A stretch of DNA of 24,025 nt from a virus (IMGVR_UViG_3300020042_003772:1-24025); one strand, 5' to 3'. Shown: positions 15,858 to 23,721, counted from the stretch's first letter. Notes: generated by a model not told the origin, from the sequence alone. Numbers and translations are program-made.

Positions 15858-17841
15858 TAATTATAAAGTAATCGAGTTAAAATTTGACCGCGCTTTGCAA
15901 CCTGTTTTTACTGAAAAGAAAAACAAAGGGTATGTGGAGTTTGGCGAGCTAAATAATTATCCAGAGTATTTACTTTCATTGTATAACGAATCGCCAAAGC
16001 ATGGCGCGATTGTTAAAGGAAAATCAACATACATTTTCGGACGTGGTTTTGAGAATAAGGGCAAAGCAAATAGTAGGGGCGAAAGTTGGAACGATATTTT
16101 AAAAAAATGCGTTAAGGATGATGAACTTTTTAGAGGTTATTATTTGCAAATTATTTGGAATCGAGTAAAGCAAATAAGCGAGGTTTACCATATTGATTTT
16201 TCAAAAGTTAGGGTTGCAAAAGATTTAAGTAGTTTTTATATTAAAAATGATTGGTTAGATTGGAAGGAAAAACCACGCGAATATCCGCAGTTTAATGTTA
16301 ATGAGCCATACGGTAGCCAGATATATTACAAGCGTGAATACAATCCAACAAGTTCGATTTATCCTTTGCCGTCTTACTTTCAGGGACTTAATTATATTGA
16401 ATCGGATATTGAAGTTTCGCGCCATATTTTAGGAAATGCAAAACAGGGATTTGTTGGTAGCACGCTTATAAATCTTAACAATGGCGACCCGATTAACGAA
16501 GAGCACAAAGGCGAAGTTGAGAAGGGTTTATTAAACAAATTTACAGGCGATAGCGGGAAACGTGTTGTTATAATGTTTAACAAGTCCAAAGAGAATAGCG
16601 CGGATATTCAAAGTTTGGGTACTACGATGCTAACTAAAGAGGATTTTACAAACATCAACAATTTAATTCAACAAGAGATTTTCGCGAGCCATCAAATTAC
16701 ATCGCCACAACTTTTTGGCATTAAAACTGAAGGGCAATTAGGTGGACGTACTGAAATCCGCGACGCTTACGAAATATTTAATAATACTTACGTCGCCGAA
16801 AGACAAGACGAATTTAACCAAGTTTTTACGGATTTTAGAAACTTAAAAGGCGAGGTCGGGGAGTTTAATATTATTCCTTTAGAGCCGTTAAAGTTTGAGT
16901 TTACTGAAAATATTATGGTGGCGAATTTAACGCAAAATGAAATTCGTGAGTTGATGGGGCGCGAGCCTTTACAAAATGGCGCGGTTACATCGGACGGCGA
17001 GACGGCTATAAATGAGCAACCCGTTCAACTTGAGTTGCCAATTTCAAACGATGCAATTAAGAATTTAAGCGGTCGCCAATACCAAAACGTTATGCGTATT
17101 GTTAGGCAGTTCGGGAACGGCAAACTAACAAAAGAACAAGCCGGGTTGATGCTTAAAAATGGTTTTGGTTTTACCGATGCAGACGTAAATGTTTTTTTAG
17201 GATTAGACGATAACCCTTTGACCGATGACGAAGTGCAAAAATTTTCAATGAGCGAAGATGAACGAATGATTGAGCACTTTGCAAATTGTGGGGAATACGA
17301 TTATAATGAAATCAGTTTTGAAGAAGCGAGAATAAATTTTGCAGACGATTTAACGCAAACGCAAATAAATGTTTTAGACTTAATCACAAAAGATAAAAAT
17401 ATTACGCCTTTAGTAATTAGTCAAAATTTAAAAATAGATACGGCTTTAGTAAATGAAATTATAGACGATTTCATTAAAAAAAAAATAGTTAGTATAACGC
17501 AATCAAGCATTAATGCAACGCCTGTTTATGAGGTATTGCAACCTGTTAGTGAATTAACAAATAAAAAAGCAAAAACAACACGTTTATTTATACGATATAA
17601 ATACGATTGGCGCGCGGGATTTAGCGATAAGGATATGAAAACGAGCCGACCATTTTGTTTAAAGATGCGCGAAATGTCAAACGCTGGCAAATCGTGGAAC
17701 AGGTCGGATATAGAAAGTTTGTCGGTGGCTTTGGGTTATTCAGTTTGGGAGCGTCGCGGTGGTTGGTACACAATGAGCAACGGCGAACATCGTGAATCGT
17801 GCCGACATATTTGGTCATCAAAATTAATGGTAGCAAAATAA
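15850..17841 (+). CDS. portal protein with C-terminal wHTH-like and MuF-like (Cys/His) domains
   Basis: FGELNNYP, SPKHGAIV, YPLPSY, IFASHQITSPQLFGI, EIRELMG; C-terminal SRPFC...GGW...SCRHIW. Confidence 0.85.
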   Translation: MDNNYKVIELKFDRALQPVFTEKKNKGYVEFGELNNYPEYLLSLYNESPKHGAIVKGKSTYIFGRGFENKGKANSRGESWNDILKKCVKDDELFRGYYLQIIWNRVKQISEVYHIDFSKVRVAKDLSSFYIKNDWLDWKEKPREYPQFNVNEPYGSQIYYKREYNPTSSIYPLPSYFQGLNYIESDIEVSRHILGNAKQGFVGSTLINLNNGDPINEEHKGEVEKGLLNKFTGDSGKRVVIMFNKSKENSADIQSLGTTMLTKEDFTNINNLIQQEIFASHQITSPQLFGIKTEGQLGGRTEIRDAYEIFNNTYVAERQDEFNQVFTDFRNLKGEVGEFNIIPLEPLKFEFTENIMVANLTQNEIRELMGREPLQNGAVTSDGETAINEQPVQLELPISNDAIKNLSGRQYQNVMRIVRQFGNGKLTKEQAGLMLKNGFGFTDADVNVFLGLDDNPLTDDEVQKFSMSEDERMIEHFANCGEYDYNEISFEEARINFADDLTQTQINVLDLITKDKNITPLVISQNLKIDTALVNEIIDDFIKKKIVSITQSSINATPVYEVLQPVSELTNKKAKTTRLFIRYKYDWRAGFSDKDMKTSRPFCLKMREMSNAGKSWNRSDIESLSVALGYSVWERRGGWYTMSNGEHRESCRHIWSSKLMVAK

Positions 17842-18632
17842 TGAGCAAAAACATTCTATTTATTACTGAGCAATTATTTAAAGATCGCACAGGCGCGAGT
17901 AACAACATCGACGGTAAACAAATTTTTCCGATGGTTAAAGTTGCAGGGGATATGTATATCCAGCCTGCGCTCGGTAGTAAATTATATCAACGTTTACAGG
18001 ATGGGGTTGTAGCGGATAATTTAACAAACGATGAAAAGACTTTGTTGGATGTTTACGTAACAGATGCTTTGATTTGGTTTACTATGTCGTTGCTTCCAAT
18101 GATAATGGGCTTTCAATTATTTAGTAAAGGATTTTTGCAAAAGACTGCAGAAGAAAGTAACACGCCAAGCCGTGCTGATATGGAATTAATCGAGCAAAAG
18201 TATTTATCAATGGCGGAGTTTTATAAAACGAGATTAATAAAATATTTGCAGGAAAATTATACTTTGTATTATGAGTATTTAAATCATGGTAGCGGATTAG
18301 ACGTTATATTTCCAGAGGCAAAGGCTTATACTTCGCCAATCTATTTAGGGCGTGATTACGTGCCAAATACACCGCGTTGGGTTAATGGATCAAGTAGTTA
18401 TTCAATACCGCAGATTGCGTACTATACAGCCGTAGGCAATGAATCTACATTTAACGTTAATGATTTGTACGGTCGCATTGTTTTAGTGGCCACACGATCA
18501 GGATTAAGCAAAGTAATTGTAAACGGTCCAACGAGCGATTCGGGTAAAATACAAATCAATGGAAACGTAATTGTATTGCCCACTGGCGACGTTGCAATGG
18601 CAGGCGAATTATTTACATTTTTATACCGATAA
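17841..18632 (+). CDS. head-tail connector protein with a C-terminal beta extension
   Basis: True start is probably ATG 17841 (TAATG-coupled to the portal gene). Helical domain YIQPALGSKLY...RLIKYL, followed by a roughly 75-aa beta-rich domain. Confidence 0.65.
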   Translation: MSKNILFITEQLFKDRTGASNNIDGKQIFPMVKVAGDMYIQPALGSKLYQRLQDGVVADNLTNDEKTLLDVYVTDALIWFTMSLLPMIMGFQLFSKGFLQKTAEESNTPSRADMELIEQKYLSMAEFYKTRLIKYLQENYTLYYEYLNHGSGLDVIFPEAKAYTSPIYLGRDYVPNTPRWVNGSSSYSIPQIAYYTAVGNESTFNVNDLYGRIVLVATRSGLSKVIVNGPTSDSGKIQINGNVIVLPTGDVAMAGELFTFLYR

Positions 18633-18633
18633 T

Positions 18634-18789
18634 ATGAGCAAAGGCTATAAACTTGAATTTATAGAAAAAGTAAAAAAGAAAAATGACCTACAATCAAATA
18701 GTAACAAAAATACAGGCGTTATTGCAAAGCCATCCAATGATAAAGGAAACAAGATTTGCAAGCCCTACGGAGTGGCTCGGGTGGGTTAG
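18634..18789 (+). CDS. 51-aa basic ORF, possible translational coupler
   Basis: ATG 1 nt after the connector stop; covers the 50-nt gap and then overlaps the next gene out of frame. Confidence 0.3.
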   Translation: MSKGYKLEFIEKVKKKNDLQSNSNKNTGVIAKPSNDKGNKICKPYGVARVG

Positions 18790-19111
18790 TCAGCCGTTGT
18801 TACCTGTTGCATCGTACGTAATGGATACGGGAAATTTTAACGTAGGGCGCGAATTAATTTATCAAATACAATTTTGGTTTATTGATAAATCTGGAGTTGA
18901 AGGGGAATTTGAAACTGAGGTTGTAGGCAATATGCATAGTGTAGCGAATGATATTGTAATGGCGTTGCGACAGGATAGAACAATCAGTATTGATACGTCA
19001 ATAAGTTGGACGGCGATAAGTGAAAAATTTGAAGATTATTTAAGTGGCGTAACATTGACATTTAATTTAACAACGGTATCTGAATTTAATAACTGCGATT
19101 TCCCAATATGA
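18683..19111 (+). CDS. tail terminator-like protein
   Basis: 142 aa, acidic; HPMI, FWFID, EKFEDYLSGV; follows the connector gene. Confidence 0.6.
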   Translation: MTYNQIVTKIQALLQSHPMIKETRFASPTEWLGWVSQPLLPVASYVMDTGNFNVGRELIYQIQFWFIDKSGVEGEFETEVVGNMHSVANDIVMALRQDRTISIDTSISWTAISEKFEDYLSGVTLTFNLTTVSEFNNCDFPI

Positions 19112-20376
19112 GAAAATTAATTTTATTTTTATTAGTGTTTGTAAGCGCGAAAGTTAGCGCTCAGGTTTACCAAGAAATGCCACAATATGGCTATCGTGCT
19201 AATCGTATGGCGTTTGATTCTACTTTGCAGATTCCAACTGTTTGTGGTGTACCTACTTTAAAAAGTGTTGTAAAAGTAAATAAGAACGGCGCGATTGCTT
19301 ACGATAGTTGCAACGCAATTTTTTATACTTATAATCCAAAGACGCTAACATGGTCGGCGGTTACAGGTGGGGGCGGTGGCTCAACCGATACTACAAGTTT
19401 AAGCAATAGAATAAATTTAAAATTAAACATAAGCGATACGGCTACAATGCTTAATCCTTATTTAAGAAAAATTGACACTACTAATAAATTTGTAAATAGA
19501 ATTACGCGAATAGAGGGCAAAGATTCAATCATTTATTTTGTTGGTGGGAATAGGTTTGCAATTAAAGATAGTGTTGGTGGTGGCGATTTTTTGCCATTAA
19601 CAGGTGGCACATTAACAGGTAATCTTAATGGCACAACTGCAACTTTCTCAAGCAACGGAAGTTCAAACACTTTTAATATTAATCATACTTCGGGAAGTGG
19701 TCATGGGTTAGAAATTACAAAAGCTGGCAGCGGAGAAGGATTAGTAGTAAATAAAACTTCAGGTAGTGGAAATGCAGTAACAATAACTGGAACACTTAAC
19801 GCAACTACAATTATAAAGAATGGAGGCACTTCATCACAATTTTTAAAAGCTGATGGTAGTGTTGATGCTACAACGTATGTAAGTGATACAACAGCATTAC
19901 AACCTAAATCAATTCCATCATATTCTATTTTAGCAAACAACACAAGCGCAACGGCAAACGCAACGGCTCAATTTTTTAAAGATACATCAGGAACTTATAC
20001 AGGAACAATTACTTGGAATGGAGTTGCACCCACAAGTGGTAATTTTTCTTATAGATGGACACGTATAGGAAAAATGGTTACAATAAATATTGCGTTGGCT
20101 TATACGGTTGCAGGTTCAGCCAATTCAACTTTAATAGTTACTTTGCCAACAGATGCGCCAACACCAACAAAGCCAGCAGGATTAACAAGTGCTTTAAGTT
20201 TAATATACCCATGTTACGGTACAGTAAACGGTCCTGCAGCAACCACATTATCAACGAGTGCTTTTCGTGGTTCTTTAAGAAATAACACTGCAAATAATGG
20301 ATTTGAATTTTTTATTGGTTATACAAACACAACACCAATAAATGCAAACTTTACTTGTTCATATTTTACAGATTAA
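19108..20376 (+). CDS. tail-fibre-like protein with an N-terminal Sec signal peptide
   Basis: Signal MRKLILFLLVFVSAKVSA|Q; fibre motifs FLPLTGGTLTGNL and GGTSSQFLKADGSVD; C-terminal YRWTRIGKMVTINI beta-sandwich. Confidence 0.75.
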   Translation: MRKLILFLLVFVSAKVSAQVYQEMPQYGYRANRMAFDSTLQIPTVCGVPTLKSVVKVNKNGAIAYDSCNAIFYTYNPKTLTWSAVTGGGGGSTDTTSLSNRINLKLNISDTATMLNPYLRKIDTTNKFVNRITRIEGKDSIIYFVGGNRFAIKDSVGGGDFLPLTGGTLTGNLNGTTATFSSNGSSNTFNINHTSGSGHGLEITKAGSGEGLVVNKTSGSGNAVTITGTLNATTIIKNGGTSSQFLKADGSVDATTYVSDTTALQPKSIPSYSILANNTSATANATAQFFKDTSGTYTGTITWNGVAPTSGNFSYRWTRIGKMVTINIALAYTVAGSANSTLIVTLPTDAPTPTKPAGLTSALSLIYPCYGTVNGPAATTLSTSAFRGSLRNNTANNGFEFFIGYTNTTPINANFTCSYFTD

Positions 20377-20378
20377 TT

Positions 20379-20600
20379 ATGAAACACATAAGACAAATAA
20401 ACAGCGTTAATACTAATACATACACAATAGTATTATTAGACAATTATAATGGCATAATTGAAAATCATCCAATATTTAATGCGTTTCCTAATACATTTGA
20501 AATTTCTGAAAATGAGTTACCCGATTTTGTGCAATATGTAAGTTTTGAAATTGAGGAATTAAAAACAATTATAACTAACAAAAATAATGAATCAATATAA
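20379..20600 (+). CDS. 73-aa acidic protein, possible fibre assembly chaperone
   Basis: ATG 20379 lies 2 nt after the fibre stop; the position is typical of fibre chaperones. Confidence 0.5.
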   Translation: MKHIRQINSVNTNTYTIVLLDNYNGIIENHPIFNAFPNTFEISENELPDFVQYVSFEIEELKTIITNKNNESI

Positions 20601-20736
20601 CCCACCATTAACAGCAATAAGCGGATTTTGCGCGATTATATCTTTGTCAAATATTCAACCGATATTAACATTTATCGCGTCGCTAATTGCTATTATTAGT
20701 GGCATTTATTCTATTTATAAAAAATCAAAAAAATAA
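20587..20736 (+). CDS. 49-aa membrane protein, holin/antiholin-like
   Basis: Not in the ORF track. MNQYNPPLTAISGFCAIISLSNIQPILTFIASLIAIISGIYSIYKKSKK*: hydrophobic with a basic C-terminal tail. Confidence 0.65.
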   Translation: MNQYNPPLTAISGFCAIISLSNIQPILTFIASLIAIISGIYSIYKKSKK

Positions 20737-20740
20737 AATC

Positions 20741-20962
20741 ATGAGTACATTTTTAAATTTAAATTCGAGCGACTTTTTAAAAGGTTTAATTATGGCGGTT
20801 TTGTCGTCTGTTATTACCGTTGTTTATCAAACTGTTGAAGCAGGGAGTTTAGTATTTGATTGGAAAGCAATCGGAACAATCGCGCTTACTTCAGCGCTTG
20901 CGTACATTATGAAAAATTTGTTTACCAATTCAACAGGTAAATTATTTGCAAAAGAGAACTGA
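20741..20962 (+). CDS. holin (2 TM segments)
   Basis: ATG 20741 follows an A-rich leader; 73 aa with two hydrophobic helices separated by VFDWK. Confidence 0.7.
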   Translation: MSTFLNLNSSDFLKGLIMAVLSSVITVVYQTVEAGSLVFDWKAIGTIALTSALAYIMKNLFTNSTGKLFAKEN

Positions 20963-21944
20963 TATAGCTCGGGAGTATAGAAAAAAGTTTCCAGATATGC
21001 CGACGTTAAAATTGGCAAGGATAGTTTATGCAGATAATAAATTAAGTTTTAAAGACGTTGAAGATTGCAGACATGCATTAAGATATATTGAGGGTAAAGT
21101 AGGTAAAAGCCAAAGAAAATTTGTAAATAAAACAGAGTTTTTTATGAATGAAAATAGAGCAAAAAATCCCTACAATTTACCTGAATCTTATGAGGAAAAA
21201 CGCGAGCCGTTTATACTTCCAGAATACTGCAATAATATTCTTTTAATTTCAGATTTGCACATTCCTTACCATAATATCGACGCGATCACATTAGCATTAA
21301 ATTATGGCAAAGAGCAAAAAGTAAATACTATTTTTATCAATGGCGATTTAATCGATATGCATCAAGTATCGAAGTTTGAAAGCGACCCAAAGAAACGAAG
21401 TATAAAACAAGAGTTTGACGCAACCCGTGAATTTTTGACACAACTTCGCAAAGCATTTCCAAAAGCATTAATTTACTGGCTAAAGGGCAACCATTGTATT
21501 AGATGGGAAAAATTCTTATACTCTAAAGTCCGAGAAATTTGGGACGACGATTATTTTTTTTTAGAAGAAAGGTTGCAATTAAATTCAGTAGGCGTTAAGA
21601 TATTAGATGACAAAGTTTTGGTTAAGGCAGGGAAATTATCAATTACACATGGCCATCATATTTTTAAAGGGGCGTTCACACCTGTAAACCCTTCGCGTGG
21701 CGCATTCTTAAGGGCAAAGCAATCGTTAATTGTTGGTCATCTACATAGACCTTCACACCATCCAGAAACAGACTTAGACGGCAAAATAATAAGTTGCTGG
21801 AGTACAGGTTGCCTTTGTGAGTTACGAGCGGATTATTCGCCTTTAGTTGGTAACACTATGCATGGCTTCGCTCATTTACAAATTGCAAAGGACGGCGATT
21901 ATACAGTTAAAAATTATTCAATAATAAAAGGTAAATTATGCTAA
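20946..21944 (+). CDS. calcineurin-like metallophosphoesterase with an N-terminal helical domain
   Basis: SDLH, NGDLID, GNH, HGH and GHLH motifs. Confidence 0.9.
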   Translation: MQKRTDIAREYRKKFPDMPTLKLARIVYADNKLSFKDVEDCRHALRYIEGKVGKSQRKFVNKTEFFMNENRAKNPYNLPESYEEKREPFILPEYCNNILLISDLHIPYHNIDAITLALNYGKEQKVNTIFINGDLIDMHQVSKFESDPKKRSIKQEFDATREFLTQLRKAFPKALIYWLKGNHCIRWEKFLYSKVREIWDDDYFFLEERLQLNSVGVKILDDKVLVKAGKLSITHGHHIFKGAFTPVNPSRGAFLRAKQSLIVGHLHRPSHHPETDLDGKIISCWSTGCLCELRADYSPLVGNTMHGFAHLQIAKDGDYTVKNYSIIKGKLC

Positions 21945-22189
21945 AAGAAATTTTGGATAATGAAATTGAAATTGAATACGAAGATAGAAGTAGCGAATAC
22001 ATCGCATCGGCTTTTAATGCTCTGGGGGCGGTTGATATGCTTGACATAGGATTAATGAATGAAGATGAAAGGCAAACGATTAAAACAATACAATTTCAAG
22101 CGATAGCGATTATTAGCGAATCAATAAATAATATTTATAATGAAATATTTGATATTAGCCCTGACGACGATAATGATTTGGTCATGTAA
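21938..22189 (+). CDS. acidic hypothetical protein
   Basis: 83 aa, D/E-rich; overlaps both neighbouring genes. Confidence 0.6.
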   Translation: MLKEILDNEIEIEYEDRSSEYIASAFNALGAVDMLDIGLMNEDERQTIKTIQFQAIAIISESINNIYNEIFDISPDDDNDLVM

Positions 22190-22616
22190 TCCGAGCAAAA
22201 AACTTGACAAATTAAACGCAAAACACCCCGAACTCCTTGCCAAATTTTGTAGAGATACATTCCCCTGTGTAATATCAAAAGTTGATACAATTACAAGTTT
22301 TGATACTAATTACATAACTATTGAATGCCCAGGTTATAAGGCAAAAGATACGATACTAATTACAAATTATTTAAAAGGTAGTGCGGTTTTAAAATATTTA
22401 GATAAAACAAACACGATCATTAAGACAATAAAAGATAGCGCCGAAATAAGAGCATGCGAATTAGAGTTAAAGTCTGTTAATAAAAAATTGAATGAATCAA
22501 AGGAATTGAATACTAAATTGCAGAATAAAGTTACTGCAAAAAATCGTTGGATAATGTGGCTTATAATAGCACTTTTAGTAACGATAATGTGTAACATAAT
22601 ACAACTTAAAAAATGA
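22140..22616 (+). CDS. unimolecular spanin (u-spanin) candidate
   Basis: Lipoprotein signal MKYLILALTTIMIWS|C, coiled coil, C-terminal TM segment WIMWLIIALLVTIMCNII; directly upstream of the endolysin gene. Confidence 0.75.
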   Translation: MKYLILALTTIMIWSCNPSKKLDKLNAKHPELLAKFCRDTFPCVISKVDTITSFDTNYITIECPGYKAKDTILITNYLKGSAVLKYLDKTNTIIKTIKDSAEIRACELELKSVNKKLNESKELNTKLQNKVTAKNRWIMWLIIALLVTIMCNIIQLKK

Positions 22617-23062
22617 CAGCATCGCAAAATTGTATCAACTTAATTAAAATGTTTGAGGGTTATAAACCAAAGGCGTATTTATGCCCGGCAGGAGTGGTTA
22701 CAATCGGCTACGGCTCAACTATGTACTCAACAGGATTAAAGATTAAATTAGGCGATACAATCAACGAACAACAAGCGAATGAGTTATTAATGTGGGAGCT
22801 AAGAAATAAGGCTTTTTCTTTGCATGGATTACATTTAAACCAAAATCAATTTGACGCTTGTTTATCATTTGTGTTTAATTTGGGAATCGGTGCGTTTGCA
22901 AAATCAACGCTCAAAAAAAAGATAATTGCCAATAGCCAGGATGTAACTATTAAAGCGGAGTTTATGAAATGGAATAAAGCGCGAGTTGGTGGCCAGTTAA
23001 TTGAGTTAAAAGGATTATCACGCAGGCGAATCGCCGAAGCGGAATTATATTTTAAGATTTAG
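22613..23062 (+). CDS. endolysin, GH24 lysozyme
   Basis: E15-x8-C24-x5-T30 catalytic pattern (FEG..AYLCPAGVVTIGYG), NQNQFDA, FNLG, LKGLSRRR. Confidence 0.95.
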   Translation: MTASQNCINLIKMFEGYKPKAYLCPAGVVTIGYGSTMYSTGLKIKLGDTINEQQANELLMWELRNKAFSLHGLHLNQNQFDACLSFVFNLGIGAFAKSTLKKKIIANSQDVTIKAEFMKWNKARVGGQLIELKGLSRRRIAEAELYFKI

Positions 23063-23086
23063 TTTTGTTTGTTTAGTAAATAAATC

Positions 23087-23160
23087 GGCTAAGCGTTTCT
23101 ACGTTTTCGGCTTTTTTTAAAGGTTTTAACCCCTGATGTTTCTACATTGGGGGTTTTTTT
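23087..23160 (+). terminator. tandem intrinsic terminators ending the late operon
   Basis: Two hairpins, each with a GT-TTCT-AC apex and a T7 tail: 23087-23118 and 23128-23160 (12-bp stem). Confidence 0.8.
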
Positions 23161-23244
23161 ATAAATTTTTTTTCGCTTGTAATTCAATACAGCATTGACT
23201 TTTATCAAAACAACATAAAAAAATAAAAAAATATTTTATTTTTA

Positions 23245-23277
23245 TTTGGTAGAATCAAATAAAGTTTTATATCTTTG
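23245..23277 (+). promoter_or_regulatory. Bacteroidota primary sigma promoter (-33/-7), probable early promoter
   Basis: TTTG (23245-23248), a 21-nt spacer and TATCTTTG (23270-23277), with an AT-rich tract upstream. Confidence 0.8.
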
Positions 23278-23317
23278 ATTTATCAAAACAAAATAACTAA
23301 CAAAAAAACTAAACAAA

Positions 23318-23461
23318 ATGCTTTATTTAAGAACCCCACTATTTGGAAATGAATTTAAAGTTTGCGATGAAATTACAGACGAAATCGTTGCAATATTTTT
23401 TACTCAAAAAGATGCTATTGAGTACATCAATTTTAAAACAAATAAATCAACAAACTTTTAA
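23318..23461 (+). CDS. 47-aa hypothetical early protein
   Basis: Not in the ORF track. MLYLRTPLFGNEFKVCDEITDEIVAIFFTQKDAIEYINFKTNKSTNF*, preceded by the leader AAAACTAAACAAA. Confidence 0.65.
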   Translation: MLYLRTPLFGNEFKVCDEITDEIVAIFFTQKDAIEYINFKTNKSTNF

Positions 23462-23472
23462 AACTAAACAAA

Positions 23473-23718
23473 ATGACTACAAAAATTGATTACTTCGCAG
23501 AATTTACAGCTGATTTAGTTCTATTTGAGGACAGATTAAAATATATTGAAGAAGCTGGAATTGAAATTTTATCTAAAGAGATTTACGATTCTACATCGTT
23601 TCATAATAAAACAACTTACTTAGTAACTTTTAAAGTAAACAGTTTAACATTGTTACGATTATATTCAGCAGGATGCAGAAATGGCATTGAAAAATCATTT
23701 AAAAATTTTAAACCTTAA
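23473..23718 (+). CDS. 81-aa hypothetical early protein
   Basis: Has the same A-rich leader as the previous ORF. Confidence 0.7.
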   Translation: MTTKIDYFAEFTADLVLFEDRLKYIEEAGIEILSKEIYDSTSFHNKTTYLVTFKVNSLTLLRLYSAGCRNGIEKSFKNFKP

Positions 23719-23721
23719 TAA

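Noticed and set aside
20000-20376. Diversity-generating retroelement target at the fibre C-terminus
   Set aside because: No template repeat or reverse transcriptase is visible in the window.
20639-20646. Internal TATCTTTG -7 box
   Set aside because: No TTTG at the -33 spacing and it lies inside a coding region; likely chance.
17799-20740. Upstream starts given in the ORF track (17799, 18571, 20355, 20687) and ORF 20055-20285
   Set aside because: Better ATG starts with stop-start coupling or A-rich leaders exist at 17841, 18634, 20379 and 20741. ORF 20055-20285 is out of frame inside the fibre gene.
1206-22627. Minus-strand ORFs in the track (e.g. 1206-1511, 1570-2034, 2760-2987, 11281-11649, 17621-17908, 22367-22627)
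   Set aside because: All lie antisense to well-supported + strand genes and have no recognisable motifs, so they are treated as shadow ORFs. The 2760-2987 ORF overlaps the tRNA-like unit, which explains that sequence better.
22613-22700. SAR-type endolysin with Cys regulation as in P1 Lyz (C7 and catalytic C24)
   Set aside because: There is no N-terminal hydrophobic SAR segment, and Cys at this catalytic position is common in GH24 lysozymes.
23095-23147. TTTCTAC resembles the Cas12a repeat handle, suggesting a mini CRISPR array
   Set aside because: Only two 8-nt copies, each in a terminator loop; no full repeats, no GTAGA partner arm and no cas genes.
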